A stretch of DNA of 63,871 nucleotides, the filler included, from Octopus bimaculoides (Eukaryota): assembly GCF_001194135.2 (NCBI RefSeq). It is 9 parts of 7 records of this genome, joined end to end, with 100 filler letters (N's around TTAATTAATTAA, not from the genome) between each part and the next. Parts side by side here need not be neighbours in the genome. Positions count along the whole stretch, not along the records: positions 30,799 to 54,827 come from NC_068982.1; positions 54,928 to 59,428 come from NC_068997.1; positions 59,529 to 62,300 come from NW_026392199.1; 6 more parts are not named here. One strand, written 5' to 3'. Below are positions 47,032-60,383 of the stretch, piece after piece. The notes under the pieces were generated by a model, which saw nothing but the letters and a program-made list of their open reading frames with translations, was not told the origin of the DNA and did not search any database. The number at the start of each line of letters is the position of its first letter. Position 1 is the stretch's first letter. Both the position numbers and the translations under genes were made by a program.

Positions 47032-48114
47032 GCGAGAGTAAAGAATACGTACACCCAGTGTTTANNNNNNNNNNNNNNNNNNNNNNNNNNNNNNNNNNNN
47101 NNNNNNNNNNNNNNNNNNNNNNNNNNNNNNNNNNNNNNNNNNNNNNNNNNNNNNNNNNNNNNNNNNNNNNNNNNNNNNNNNNNNNNNNNNNNNNNNNNNN
47201 NNNNNNNNNNNNNNNNNNNNNNNNNNNNNNNNNNNNNNNNNNNNNNNNNNNNNNNNNNNNNNNNNNNNNNNNNNNNNNNNNNNNNNNNNNNNNNNNNNNN
47301 NNNNNNNNNNNNNNNNNNNNNNNNNNNNNNNNNNNNNNNNNNNNNNNNNNNNNNNNNNNNNNNNNNNNNNNNNNNNNNNNNNNNNNNNNNNNNNNNNNNN
47401 NNNNNNNNNNNNNNNNNNNNNNNNNNNNNNNNNNNNNNNNNNNNNNNNNNNNNNNNNNNNNNNNNNNNNNNNNNNNNNNNNNNNNNNNNNNNNNNNNNNN
47501 NNNNNNNNNNNNNNNNNNNNNNNNNNNNNNNNNNNNTATATATATATATGCACACATATTTTTATATATATGCATGTATGTATGTATGTATGTACGTATG
47601 TATGCATGTACGTACGTTTGTATGTGTGTAATAGTGATTCTTACATATTCCACTAAACCACAGAAATACTTAATGCTTAGTTACTTACCTGCAACAAAAA
47701 AGCAGAAACTGAAATATATTAAATAACGGAATAAAACCATTGTTATTGATTTGACTTCAAAAGGACTCTCTTGAGTGAAACCATAGCAACATAACTAAAC
47801 AAAGCAATTGATAATTTTTATTGTCGTAGCGTTGTTCCACAGAACAGAACGAAGGAAAGACGGAAAGAAAGAAAGAAAAATCTAATTATCATGGCTTCGT
47901 TGGTATTGGTTAATTTACGTACGCGCACATACATTTATACGCATAATATACACAAATGCATACACACACACACACACGCACACACACACACACATATCGA
48001 CTGCTATATCCAGTAAATATTGGTGCATTGTTGTACCACTGTTCAATATTTACACACACACACACACACACACACATACACACATACACACACACGCACA
48101 CACACACGCACATA

Positions 48115-48155
<41 letters not shown>

Positions 48156-49133
48156 GTGTATATATATGTATATGTATGTATATATGTCTGTGCGTATGTG
48201 TGCGTATCTGTATATATGCACGTTTCTGTTTGTGTATAAGTGCGTGTATCTATATGTGTGCGTGTTTATGTGTGTGTGCGTGAGTATGTGTATATAGAAA
48301 AATAGAAGACTAGTTAGCTAATTAGTTAGCTTGTTAATCAATTGTCTCTACGATGTCTGTTGTTAAGTGTGACGACAAGCAGATAATACCAGATGAATAA
48401 TTAAAATATATCGTTTTAATTTTAGTTTACAGCATTCTTTTTTTCGATATTCCTTGTCCCCATCTCTCGGTCAGAATTTTGTCCTAAAGATGTTTCCATG
48501 AGAATTATCGCTGGGACCCTCTTGGAAATTCTTTGGATTGCTCTGGCAAGTGAGATATTTACTCTTCTTAAACGACCTCTCACCCATCCCCGTTTGGGGA
48601 ATTGTTGTTTCAAACTACTGGTATTTAGCACATTCAGATTATCTCTACTCAACCGCTACATGTCTGCTACTCAACAGCCAGTCCACTGTCAGTCCACTGG
48701 CAGTCAAATCCTACCACGATCAGACTACCTCTATTTATAAGTCTTGGTCGATCCTACTTCTTCGCTTGGGGGCGTCGACACAACAGGAATGTCCAAAGAT
48801 ATGGACATAAAACTCTGAGTAAGAGTCTGTCAACGTGTCGTCTGTGTTCAGTTGCTAAATTGACTGAAGAAGGTCTTTGAAGGCTTCGTCCTGACATTGG
48901 TCGTAATAAGATGCGTCTTTATTTAGATTTGGGTATAATGTCTAACGGGAAGCCTATAGATTCAACTTATTCAGGAATTTTTGTCGAATATTTGTCTTAG
49001 TGATTTTGTTGACCATTTTTGGGACAGGCTTATGCTTATTCATGATTAATTTCTGTATAGGGTCAACTTCATCGATGGATGATTCAAATTTATTTTGACA
49101 TGACTCAAACTCTTGATCTGTAGTTCAGTCCAG

Positions 49134-49516
49134 TTGTTGGCACTCCGTCGCTTACGACGCCGAGGGTTCCAGTTGATCCGATCAACGGAACAGCCTGCTC
49201 GTGAAATTAACTTGCAAGTGGCTGAACACTCCACAGACACGTGTACCCTTAACGTAGTTCTCGGGGATATTCAGCGTGACACAGTGTGACAAGCCTGGCA
49301 CTTTGAATTACAGGCACAACAGAAACAGGAAGAAAGAGTGAGAGAAAGTTGTGGTGAAAGAGTAAAGCAGGATTCGCCACCATCCCCTGCCAGAGCATCG
49401 CGGAGCTTTAGGTGTTTTCGCTCAATAAACACTCACAATGCCCGGTCTGGGAATCGAAACCGCGATCCTATGACCGCGAGTCCGCTGCCCTAACCACTGG
49501 GCCATTGCGCCTCCAC
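49134..49516 (-). mobile_element. tRNA-derived SINE family S3, full length, (CAA)n tail
   Basis: Head ggaggcgcaatggcccagtggttagg..ggtttcgattccc (A and B boxes). The 3' part is repeated at 62168-62300 and 63824-63871. Confidence 0.9.
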
Positions 49517-50529
49517 GGTTCAGTCCAGTATACAACTCTAAATCAACACCACTACATGTGTAGTACGTGTACGTTTTTATCGACCGTGAACTACAAAATG
49601 TAATGTTAACCTCGGTGGGATTTGAACGCAGAACGTAAAGAGTCAGGGCAAATAACATTCTGTTCGATGCTCTGATAAACAATGTACCATCCACCACTCT
49701 GATGTAGATTCTGCTAAGTTAAATATTTGAGAACGTTTTCGTGCAACTAAGTGAATAATTTTCCAGAAACTTGTCACATTCTAAGTAGGTGAAAATAGCA
49801 AATATTCCTCATTTATGACATGTACGAGTACAATGGAAAATAACGTTTTTCGCATAAAAAAGAAAAATTGAAACTTTTCTCTTGCAGGTACAGAAATTCT
49901 TAAGTGAACTATTATTGCATATGTTTTGGAAAAACCAAATGCATAATTCTGAATTCTGACATTAAGCTGAACAGAAAGAGGCAATTTCTTATAGGTTCGG
50001 AATTTGGTAAAAGGTGACTTTTTTTTTCACTTTAAAAATGTAGAGAATAAACTATTCTAACAAATATAAAATCTATTAAGTGAAATATTTGAGTATGTTT
50101 CTATGCAACAATGTGAATAATTTTCAAGAATTATGACACTTTCTAAGGTGGATGAAGATCGCCAAAAACTTATGTCTGGCAAACACGGTAGAATTTATGG
50201 AATTTGCGCTTTTTACTATCATATCAATACATGCACGCATACTAGCATACATACGTAGATACATTCGTAATTTCATATCTACCTACATACCTCCATCCTT
50301 AACTTCCTCCCTACCTACCTACCTAGACACCCACCCGCTTACTTATCTACCTACCTACCTACATACACACATACATATATACATACATACACACACACGA
50401 ACGTACGAACACGATAATAGCTATCCATATGTGTTCGAGGAAGACCATTGCAGTTTTTAATGTCGGTCGCTTATTTGTAGGTCTGTAGCTACGTGCTTCC
50501 AGCCCTGCACATCGATGAAGAGTACATAC

Positions 50530-50642
<113 letters not shown>

Positions 50643-51464
50643 CATACGAATGCGCATTTTATTTTATTTTTTTTATTCATTTATGTCATAAGAAAGTACT
50701 ACGTGACTCTGGAAAGCACTAATTTGATATTCTTTCTTATCTCTCTTAAAACGAAATAATTACGATGGTTTTAATATCATCCGTTGTATTTTGTTATATA
50801 TCTCCTTAACTCTGAAAATTATCTATATTAAATTACACTCTACTTATATATAAATGATTTGGTTTCTTTTCCAATCTAACCATATTAGATATAATTTGTG
50901 TAAGACCTCGTAGGAACAATAAATTGTTAGTTTATTCACTTGTTTTCTGTTCCATTTCTTTTATTGAATTTATATTTTAACCGACCTTGATGAGAGAAAA
51001 TATTGACCTTCTTTTTAATTTAATCATATAATTTGGTAAATTACTTCTTATTCTTAGCAACCCTAACGATATTATGCATATATCAGCACAAACACACAAT
51101 CCTAAACATTGGATATTTAGCGTTGGCATTGGGTTTTGAGTATTGATAGATTTATAAGAGTACATCACAGTATTTGTTTCGACATCCTCTTATCCAATTT
51201 CAAATCCAGCCGCATCGACAGTGTATTTAACCTTTTCGATTCGGTGTCGATAAATAACATGATTGTCCAGAGTGGAGGGTTGTAGGAACGGTTACAGAAA
51301 CAAACGGAATGCCTTATGTTGTCTGTTTTTGGCTTTATGCGTTCTTAGTTCTTATTTCAATTCCTGTCTTGCCACCGTGGAGAGGGGGAGGAGGAGGACA
51401 CATTTGCTGGCAATACAATTATCATAACACGGCGACGGCGAACGATTGTTGTTTATGTAGCTAA

Positions 51465-51495
<31 letters not shown>

Positions 51496-51647
51496 CTAAT
51501 ATAGTTATTACATCACCTAGAAATAGCAAACAATCTCATATTCCCGTCTTAAATAAGGTCACAATAGATAATGCAGTCGCAACGCACGTATACACTCATA
51601 CATACATACATGAATGCATGCATATAGCTATGCATGCGTCCATAGAC

Positions 51648-51703
<56 letters not shown>

Positions 51704-52016
51704 TTTGATAACATAGTATCATAAAAGATCGGGATATATCAAAGTGAAGCGCCCCGCAATTAGTGGATAGACAGAATGACGTAAATCACAGTTAAATAAT
51801 CCATAATCATAGCACAGAGCGCATCGAAGAAGAAATGTTTAGTGTCGTTTGATAATCCAGAACTCCAATTGTATCCAAATGTATCCAACAATGAATGAAA
51901 CTTTAAATGTGACGTAAAAACAGACGATCTTATGGAGGTTATGCATACTGCATATCTGACTGTACTATACTTACGTCACAATAATGATTCTTAATGAAAT
52001 GTTAGTTAGACCATTC

Positions 52017-52067
<51 letters not shown>

Positions 52068-52114
52068 CGGGGGGAAGCGCATTCATACACGCATACGTAC
52101 ATACATATACTCTC

Positions 52115-52335
52115 TTATTCTTTTACTTGTTTCAGTCATTTGATTGTGGTCATGCTGGAGCACCGCCTTTAGTCGAGCAAATCGACCCCAGGACTTATTC
52201 TTTGTAAGCCTAGTACTTACACTATCGGTCTGTTTTGCCGAACCGCTAAGTTACGGGGACGTAAACACACCACCATCGGTTGTCAAGCAATGTTGGGGGT
52301 GGGGAGAAACACAGACACACAAACATATATACACG
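52115..52335 (-). mobile_element. S2 SINE, 3' half
   Basis: Reverse complement matches 33500-33698. Confidence 0.85.
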
Positions 52336-52418
52336 TCTGTTACGATTTTGGCTTATTTGTGGAATGGTTGCGTGTATGTGTGTATACATGTGTGAGTGTG
52401 TAAGAAAGACAATGACAT

Positions 52419-52462
<44 letters not shown>

Positions 52463-52643
52463 GGGAGAGAGAGAGAGAGACGAGAGAGAGGAAGAAGGAA
52501 GGCGTGAAGAGAAAGGACAGAAGTTGAGAGAGAGGGTTAAAAACTTTTGGGATAAATACGTTAAAGTACAAAAAGTAGCGCGCGCACACACACACACACA
52601 CATACAGAAAGCGGGAGAGAGAGAAAGAGCGAGAGAGAGTTAC

Positions 52644-52710
52644 ACTTGAACGTCTGTTTCAATGTGATGGATTTGAACGGAAATGACATTGATTTGCTTG
52701 TGTACATTGG
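52644..52710 (-). CDS. Tentative exon E5 (67 nt): PMYTSKSMSFPFKSITLKQTFK
   Basis: aatattttcag| acceptor and T|gtaact donor. Phase 0->1 joins E6. A second frame (NVHKQINVISVQIHHIETDVQ) is also open. Confidence 0.4.
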
Positions 52711-53102
52711 CTGAAAAATATTTACACTAAAACCTAAATAATCTTAATTTTTCGAACGTGAAGTGTTTTCAAACCATTCACGTCATGATGGATTTTCTGT
52801 CAGTCTTGTCGATGGAAGGGTGAAAGTCAAAGCAGGTTGAGGTTTAACCTCAGAGATCAAAAATCTGGAAAGAATATCGCAAGGTATTTTATCCGATGCT
52901 CTAAAGATTCTGCCAAGTTCTATTATTAAATTTCGGTTAACAGCCTCAAAACATACGCAGCATGCATCATTAACTACAAGTAATATTTTTACGTGTCTAC
53001 ATTTTTTTTTTTCATTTTATTGTTGATTTTGATTTGATTTGATTTCATGGAGATATTTCTAATTATGTGAAAGCATCAATTTCAGAATCTGTAAAGTAAT
53101 AT

Positions 53103-53156
<54 letters not shown>

Positions 53157-53920
53157 CGATGACGATGATGGTGATGGTAGTGGTGGTGGTGGTGGTGGTG
53201 GTGGTGGTGGTGGTAATAATAGTATAAATTAAAAACATGACCAGGGATCATCGCCATAAATTATTTCAGTTGCTCACTGGAAAATTTTTTAAATCATTTA
53301 GAGTTTCCTTTTATTTTCAGTATTTCTTTACATATATACATGTTTTTTTGTTTTTTTTTAATTTGACAGTTACGTCATTATTAAAACTATTTAAAATATT
53401 AATGCATTTAGAAAAATACCAACCATGAATGACTAAATTATCATGATTGCAATTAAGATTAACTAATACAATTAAGTCATAAATGCGTCTATACTTTTCT
53501 GCACAGCAATTTTCTTCATAGAGATTTTTAGTTTATCAATAATTCTTGTCCTGAAATGGGAGTCAGTTAAATGACACATGAACAGTGTTTACTCATGTGA
53601 TGTGCTTCACAATGAGTATTATTAATCCAAGAATCCTGGTAGGTCTAGTTTCATATCTAAACACTTAATCCGTTGCCCGATTAAACACCATCTCGTGACT
53701 CTTAGGTGTCTTTTATTAGAGCCTCCATTCGTCGGAGAATTTCCACTCATTTTTTTCACTTGTTTCGGAGGCTCCAAAAATCTAAAAGAAAAACAAAACA
53801 AAACAAAAAGCCGTGTGTGTTTTTATTACTTCTAAAAATTATGTATGTGTGTGTGTGTATTCACTTACACATATAAACAATAAACACACACCACATACAC
53901 ACATGCACTTATGTGTGTGC

Positions 53921-53974
<54 letters not shown>

Positions 53975-53999
53975 ATGTATGTATGTATGTGTATGTGTG

Positions 54000-54225
54000 T
54001 GTATGTGTTTGTGTGTCTGTGTTTGTCCCCCCCCCCAACATAGCTTGACAATTGATGTTGGTGTGTTTACGTCCCCATAACTTAGCGGTTCGGCAAAAGA
54101 GATCGATTGAATAAGTACTAGGCTTCCAACGAATAAGTTCTGGGGTCGATTTGCTCGACTAAAGGCGGTGCTCCAGCATAGCCGCAGTCAAATGACTGAA
54201 ACAAGTAAAAGAGTAAAAAAAAAGA
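54000..54225 (+). mobile_element. S2 SINE, 3' half
   Basis: Matches consensus. Confidence 0.85.
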
Positions 54226-54927
54226 GTAAATATATATATATGTGTATGTAAAGTCATAAAGTCGGGAGGTTTGAGAAGGGAGTGTATATTTATTTAACCA
54301 TATGACTTCTATAGGGCCACAGCCGTTTCGCAATCTTTTACATGTAACATTAATTTCTACATTACTCCTTTGTATTTGATTACCATGTGGATTGCTAGCC
54401 GAGTATATATATAGTCGCAGGAGTGGCTGTGTGGTAAGTAGCTTGCTTACTTCCGGTTTGCTCACTGCACATGTGCGTCAGACTGGCTACTTGCTGTGAA
54501 CGAAGATAGACAGGGGTTTCGGCTCTGTCTAAAGAAGGAAAAATTGAAGAATTCGCCGGGGTAAGTCGTTTTTGTTGCTCAGCTGGGCAGCTATTTATTG
54601 CTTCTATTTATTTTTTTAGTAAATCGTTGTCCAGCGGTGTGGCATCTTCGCTTTCCTTGGCGAGTTTTTTGTGTGTTCGTTGTACGAACAAATTTTGTAT
54701 TCGCTGTTTGTGGGAGGCGGGTTCGCTTGCCCACAATAGCGAAAATTTTTGTTTAGACTTTGAGCAAAAAAAAAAAGCAACTTTGAGTGAAGAAAGCTTT
54801 TTGTGTTTCACTGTGCGAGAATTGTTGNNNNNNNNNNNNNNNNNNNNNNNNNNNNNNNNNNNNNNNNNNNNTTAATTAATTAANNNNNNNNNNNNNNNNN
54901 NNNNNNNNNNNNNNNNNNNNNNNNNNN

Positions 54928-54988
<61 letters not shown>

Positions 54989-54989
54989 A

Positions 54990-55160
54990 ACATACACGTA
55001 TGTATAACGGGCTACTTTCAGTTTCTGTGTACCAAATCCACTCACTAAAATTTGGTCGGTCCGAGGATATAGTAGAAAACACTTGCTCGGTGGGACTGAA
55101 CCCAGAACCATGTGATTGGAAAGCAAGTTTCATACCACACAGCTACGCCTGCGCCTATAC
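54990..55160 (-). mobile_element. S2 SINE, 5' half
   Basis: Reverse complement ggcgcaggcgtagctgtgtggtatgaaacttgc..ggttcagtccc. Confidence 0.8.
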
Positions 55161-55209
55161 ATACATACATACATATCTATCTATCTATCTATCTGTCTGT
55201 CTGTCTGTA

Positions 55210-55240
<31 letters not shown>

Positions 55241-55289
55241 GTTTCTCTCTCTGTATATATATATATGCAAACATGTATGTATACATGCA

Positions 55290-55640
55290 TTACTCCATCC
55301 ATCCAACCATCCATCCATCCATCCATCCATCTATCCATCAATGTAAACATTCGGACAGCCATCGTTCCAAAACATCCATGTTTCCCTCAATAAATCCATT
55401 AACACTTTCATAGATCCGCCCATCCACCCATACCCATATTTATCTAATCATCCAGCTAATCCCATCCGTAAATCCATTTATTCCTCCATATGCCTAACTC
55501 TTTCTTTATTTACCCATCCATCATTTAATCTACCCTACCCTTAATACTATCCACCCATCCATCCAACCATACATACATGTGTAATATGTCTGCCTGTCCA
55601 AAGATCCAATTATCCAGGCATCCATCATCCATGCGATCAG
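55290..55640. repeat. Degenerate (CCAT)n low-complexity region
   Basis: Direct reading. Confidence 0.8.
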
Positions 55641-55859
55641 ACAAACATCCAGAAACCCTCAACCAACCAATCAACCATACATCCTTATGTTCGCCCTTTC
55701 TGCCAAACGTCCGTCCGTATATGATCCTGTACATATGTTTTCAAGCCCCATGTGTGATCATATATATACATTTTCCTACCCCGTTATGAGTAAACTTGTC
55801 GGTCTACCCAAATTTCCTAGTCGCCTAAATCCCATCATTTCTCTGTCTATCTATCCATA

Positions 55860-55897
<38 letters not shown>

Positions 55898-56016
55898 GTA
55901 TCGACCCAGAAAGTGTGAAAATCGAAGTCGACTTCGACGCAATTTGAACTCAGAACGTAAAGATGAAATGCTGTCTTTCGCTCCTGTTCATTAGTGCATG
56001 TGTGTGCGTGTGTATG

Positions 56017-56059
<43 letters not shown>

Positions 56060-56065
<6 letters not shown>

Positions 56066-56215
56066 TTGTGTCCGTGTTTGCCTCCCACCACCGCTTGACA
56101 ACCGTTGCTGGTGTGTTTACGTCTCCGTAACTAAGCATTTCCTCAAAAGAGAATGCTAGAATAAGTACTACTGGTGTAGATTTATTCTACTAAAAAGTTC
56201 TCGAAGGCGGTACCC
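56060..56215 (+). mobile_element. S2 SINE, 3' half (diverged)
   Basis: cgcttgacaaccgttgctggtgtgtttacgtc.. Confidence 0.7.
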
Positions 56216-56400
56216 CAACTTAAGCTACTAAATATTGTTAAACGCACCCTTGCAAATACAATGTACATAAACAATTCACTTCAAATACAACGAACGGCCG
56301 GCAGTGAGACTGTTTTTAGCAGATCCCGAAATGGGGCTCATGGCAAGCAATGGGCTAAGCAGGTTTTGACCATTATTGGTTGTGAATATATTTCCTTTAC

Positions 56401-56412
56401 CTTATAGGTTTC
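56401..56412 (-). CDS. Tentative 12-nt microexon E4: ETYK
   Basis: tttatactccag|GAAACCTATAAG|gtaaag. Phase 0->0. Confidence 0.3.
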
Positions 56413-57309
56413 CTGGAGTATAAATATTAACAATATTAATATTACTTTTAATTATTTAATTCATATAAGGCAGCGTATAAATTAAAGAATTAAAGATAGT
56501 GCCGTGCAACTTCGAAGTAAAACTTATTATTAATATTGTTTANNNNNNNNNNNNNNNNNNNNNNNNNNNNNNNNNNNNNNNNNNNNNNNNNNNNNNNNNN
56601 NNNNNNNNNNNNNNNNNNNNNNNNNNNNNNNNNNNNNNNNNNNNNNNNNNNNNNNNNNNNNNNNNNNNNNNNNNNNNNNNNNNNNNNNNNNNNNNNNNNN
56701 NNNNNNNNNNNNNNNNNNNNNNNNNNNNNNNNNNNNNNNNNNNNNNNNNNNNNNNNNNNNNNNNNNNNNNNNNNNNNNNNNNNNNNNNNNNNNNNNNNNN
56801 NNNNNNNNNNNNNNNNNNNNNNNNNNNNNNNNNNNNNNNNNNNNNNNNNNNNNNNNNNNNNNNNNNNNNNNNNNNNNNNNNNNNNNNNNNNNNNNNNNNN
56901 NNNNNNNNNNNNNNNNNNNNNNNNNNNNNNNNNNNNNNNNNNNNNNNNNNNNNNNNNNNNNNNNNNNNNNNNNNNNNNNNNNNNNNNNNNNNNNNNNNNN
57001 NNNNNNNNNNNNNNNNNNNNNNNNNNNNNNNNNNNNNNNNNNNNNNNNNNNNNNNNNNNNNNNNNNNNNNNNNNNNNNNNNNNNNNNNNNNNNNNNNNNN
57101 NNNNNNNNNNNNNNNNNNNNNNNNNNNNNNNNNNNNNNNNNNNNNNNNNNNNNNNNNNNNNNNNNNNNNNNNNNNNNNNNNNNNNNNNNNNNNNNNNNNN
57201 NNNNNNNNNNNNNNNNNNNNNNNNNNNNNNNNNNNNNNNNNNNNNNNNNNNNNNNNNNNNNNNNNNNNNNNNNNNNNNNNNNNNNNNNNNNNNNNNNNNN
57301 NNNNNNNNN

Positions 57310-57357
<48 letters not shown>

Positions 57358-57384
57358 TATATGATACTATTGCATTTTACTCAC

Positions 57385-57431
57385 AAGGTATTGGAATCTT
57401 ATATGTATACCATTCCGCCTAAATAATGGGT
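57385..57431 (-). CDS. Tentative exon E3 (47 nt): (N)PLFRRNGIHIRFQYL
   Basis: gcatttgtag| acceptor and CTT|gtgagt donor. Phase 1->0, open. Confidence 0.45.
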
Positions 57432-57753
57432 CTACAAATGCAATATCCCTGCATATCTCACATCTATTTTCAATCTTCCACTTCACTCTCTCAATGTATC
57501 TTATCTAAATTAACTATTGCTTAAACATTTTCTCACACCGCCTTCGATGAAGTGATATAATAAATATCATGGAAACAGCTGTAAGACATTCTATTTATAA
57601 ATGTTCTATATTATATACAGCCTTGTTTTTTTTTTATCTCATTACGAAAAGTAAACCCTTATATTCACACGCTGATATATGACCTACGTTGGACCCCTTA
57701 TTCGCATAACCACCGAACCTGGAGCTTAACTGTGGTCTATCCATAGCACTTAC

Positions 57754-57778
57754 TCAGCATTACCTGAAACCTCTGGAT
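57754..57778 (-). CDS. Tentative exon E2 (25 nt): IQRFQVML
   Basis: ttcaattag| acceptor and GA|gtaagt donor. Phase 0->1, fits E3. An alternative donor CAG|gtaatg also exists. Confidence 0.35.
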
Positions 57779-58440
57779 CTAATTGAAACCACTATCGCTC
57801 ATAACCTATACATATATATGTATGTATGAATATATATATATATTTATATATATGTATATGTACACATATATATATATATATATATCTATATATATATATA
57901 TATANNNNNNNNNNNNNNNNNNNNNNNNNNNNNNNNNNNNNNNNNNNNNNNNNNNNNNNNNNNNNNNNNNNNNNNNNNNNNNNNNNNNNNNNNNNNNNNN
58001 NNNNNNNNNNNNNNNNNNNNNNNNNNNNNNNNNNNNNNNNNNNNNNNNNNNNNNNNNNNNNNNNNNNNNNNNNNNNNNNNNNNNNNNNNNNNNNNNNNNN
58101 NNNNNNNNNNNNNNNNNNNNNNNNNNNNNNNNNNNNNNNNNNNNNNNNNNNNNNNNNNNNNNNNNNNNNNNNNNNNNNNNNNNNNNNNNNNNNNNNNNNN
58201 NNNNNNNNNNNNNNNNNNNNNNNNNNNNNNNNNNNNNNNNNNNNNNNNNNNNNNNNNNNNNNNNNNNNNNNNNNNNNNNNNNNNNNNNNNNNNNNNNNNN
58301 NNNNNNNNNNNNNNNNNNNNNNNNNNNNNNNNNNNNNNNNNNNNNNNNNNNNNNNNNNNNNNNNNNNNNNNNNNNNNNNNNNNNNNNNNNNNNNNNNNNN
58401 NNNNNNNNNNNNNNNNNNNNNNNNNNNNNNNNNNNNNNNN

Positions 58441-58478
<38 letters not shown>

Positions 58479-58612
58479 GCATATATATGTATATATGCAT
58501 ACATACATACGAGGGCACACACACATATATATATTCACTGGTGCCCAGCATGGCCACAGCTCATGAACTGAAACTAGATAAAATAAAAAAATAAATAGGA
58601 TAAAATATATAC

Positions 58613-58683
<71 letters not shown>

Positions 58684-59564
58684 CTTTTATCTATTTATAT
58701 GCAATACTATTTTTATATTCTATTCTTATATATCTTTTTTTTATATAGCTATATGTAAAGATTCGAACAGTAAATTGATGAATCACTCGATAGTTTTCGG
58801 TAGAGTAGCGTAAAAAGGAAACAGTGACTTCGCAGTATCAACTTAACTTGTCATCAAACTAATACTTCATTCATACATACACACATAAATACACACACAT
58901 ACATGCATACATTCATACAGACATACACAAATGAATTTCATTTATATATTTATGTGTGTGTGTGTGCGTGTGTGTGTGAGGTGGCTCTGTGGCCAGATAG
59001 ATAGATAGATAGATAGAATGGATGTCAAGATGGCTGCCGTGGTGGTGGTTCTGGTAGTGATTGTGGTGGTGGCGATGGTGATGGTGGTGGTGGTGGTGGT
59101 GGTGTTGGTGGTGTTTGAAAAAGGAATAGATGGATGGACCGCATGAGTAAGACACTTCGTTAAATATTCCTCCTAAGTTGGTTCTAATTTTCTCTTGGAG
59201 ACACGGGATTGGCTGGCCATCAGAAGGTTTGACAATTCTCAATTATCTTCTGCATGTTCGTCACGGTGTGCGTGGTAACACGTGCTGGCAGACAGGTCTA
59301 CCAACACTCACACGCACGCATGCAAGCACGCCCGGACACAGACACACACACACGTAAAGTGTGAAATTAGAATAAATATACACACAGTGACGTTTCCATA
59401 CAAATACATGTATATATATATATATATANNNNNNNNNNNNNNNNNNNNNNNNNNNNNNNNNNNNNNNNNNNNTTAATTAATTAANNNNNNNNNNNNNNNN
59501 NNNNNNNNNNNNNNNNNNNNNNNNNNNNATATATATGTATAGTAATAATAACCCATTCTTCTAT

Positions 59565-59745
59565 AGGCACAAGGTCTGAATTTTAGTGGGAGGGATCTAC
59601 TCGATTACATCGACCCCAGTGTTTCACTGGCACTTAATTTATCGACTCCGAAAGGATGAAAGGCAAAGTCGACCTCGGCGGAGTCTGAACTTAGAACGTG
59701 GCGGCAGACGAAATACTGCTAAACATTTCGCCCGGAGTGCTAGTA
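59565..59745 (-). mobile_element. S1 SINE
   Basis: gaaaggatgaaaggcaaagtcgacctcggcgga core. Confidence 0.85.
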
Positions 59746-59768
59746 ATTCACATGTTTCTTAAGCTTAC

Positions 59769-59837
59769 AGTCCGTATTCCTGAGATGATTACAGTGTAGT
59801 CCGTAGTATCAGTGTGCATCGGGCTGATCACCTTCAT
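59769..59837 (-). CDS. Tentative first coding exon (E1) of unidentified minus-strand gene: MKVISPMHTDTTDYTVIISGIRT
   Basis: ATG at 59837, open to donor ACT|gtaagc (phase 0). In frame with E2. Start choice is speculative. Confidence 0.25.
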
Positions 59838-60307
59838 GGATTAATTTGTTCAGGCGATATAGCATTAATGGGTGTTTTAACAGAGGGATGTTTATCCCTT
59901 TTGATCAGTGCGAATGTTGAGTTATATTTATCCTACATTATATCGGTACAGCTCGATGCAACCCACAAAAACTGGGCCACCATTCAGCATCATTTGACTG
60001 TGGCCGGTACAATGGAATAGGAACTCAAAACTTTTCATGTAAACAAATTTTATATATATATAAAATATAATATAATATAATATAGGATAAATTCTTTATA
60101 AGAATTTATCAAGTAGTCAGCGTGAAAAAACCTCATAATGAAAAAATAACGAAAAATTTCGTAATGAAAAAATTCATCGTTTCTTCATAGATATATTTAA
60201 TTATATATAAAGGGCATTAACTGTGTATTAATGCCTCACGCTATCGAGGGACTAAATAAGTAAAAAAAAAACTACCAAAAATAAGCAACATATTTACCGA
60301 AAGCGAG

Positions 60308-60383
60308 GGAATGCAGCTTTTCAAAATTTATCTCTTAAAATGTTAAATGTTTTTAAGAGATAAATTTTGAAAAGCTGCATTCC
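60308..60383. repeat. Perfect 33-bp inverted repeat with 10-nt loop at gap edge
   Basis: GGAATGCAGCTTTTCAAAATTTATCTCTTAAAA and its exact reverse complement. Confidence 0.9.

Noticed and set aside
53760-53781. Strong minus acceptor tttttcttttag at 53782 with short open frames
   Set aside because: No donor gives the phase 0->0 needed between E4 and E5. It could still be real under a different upstream model, so it was left out.
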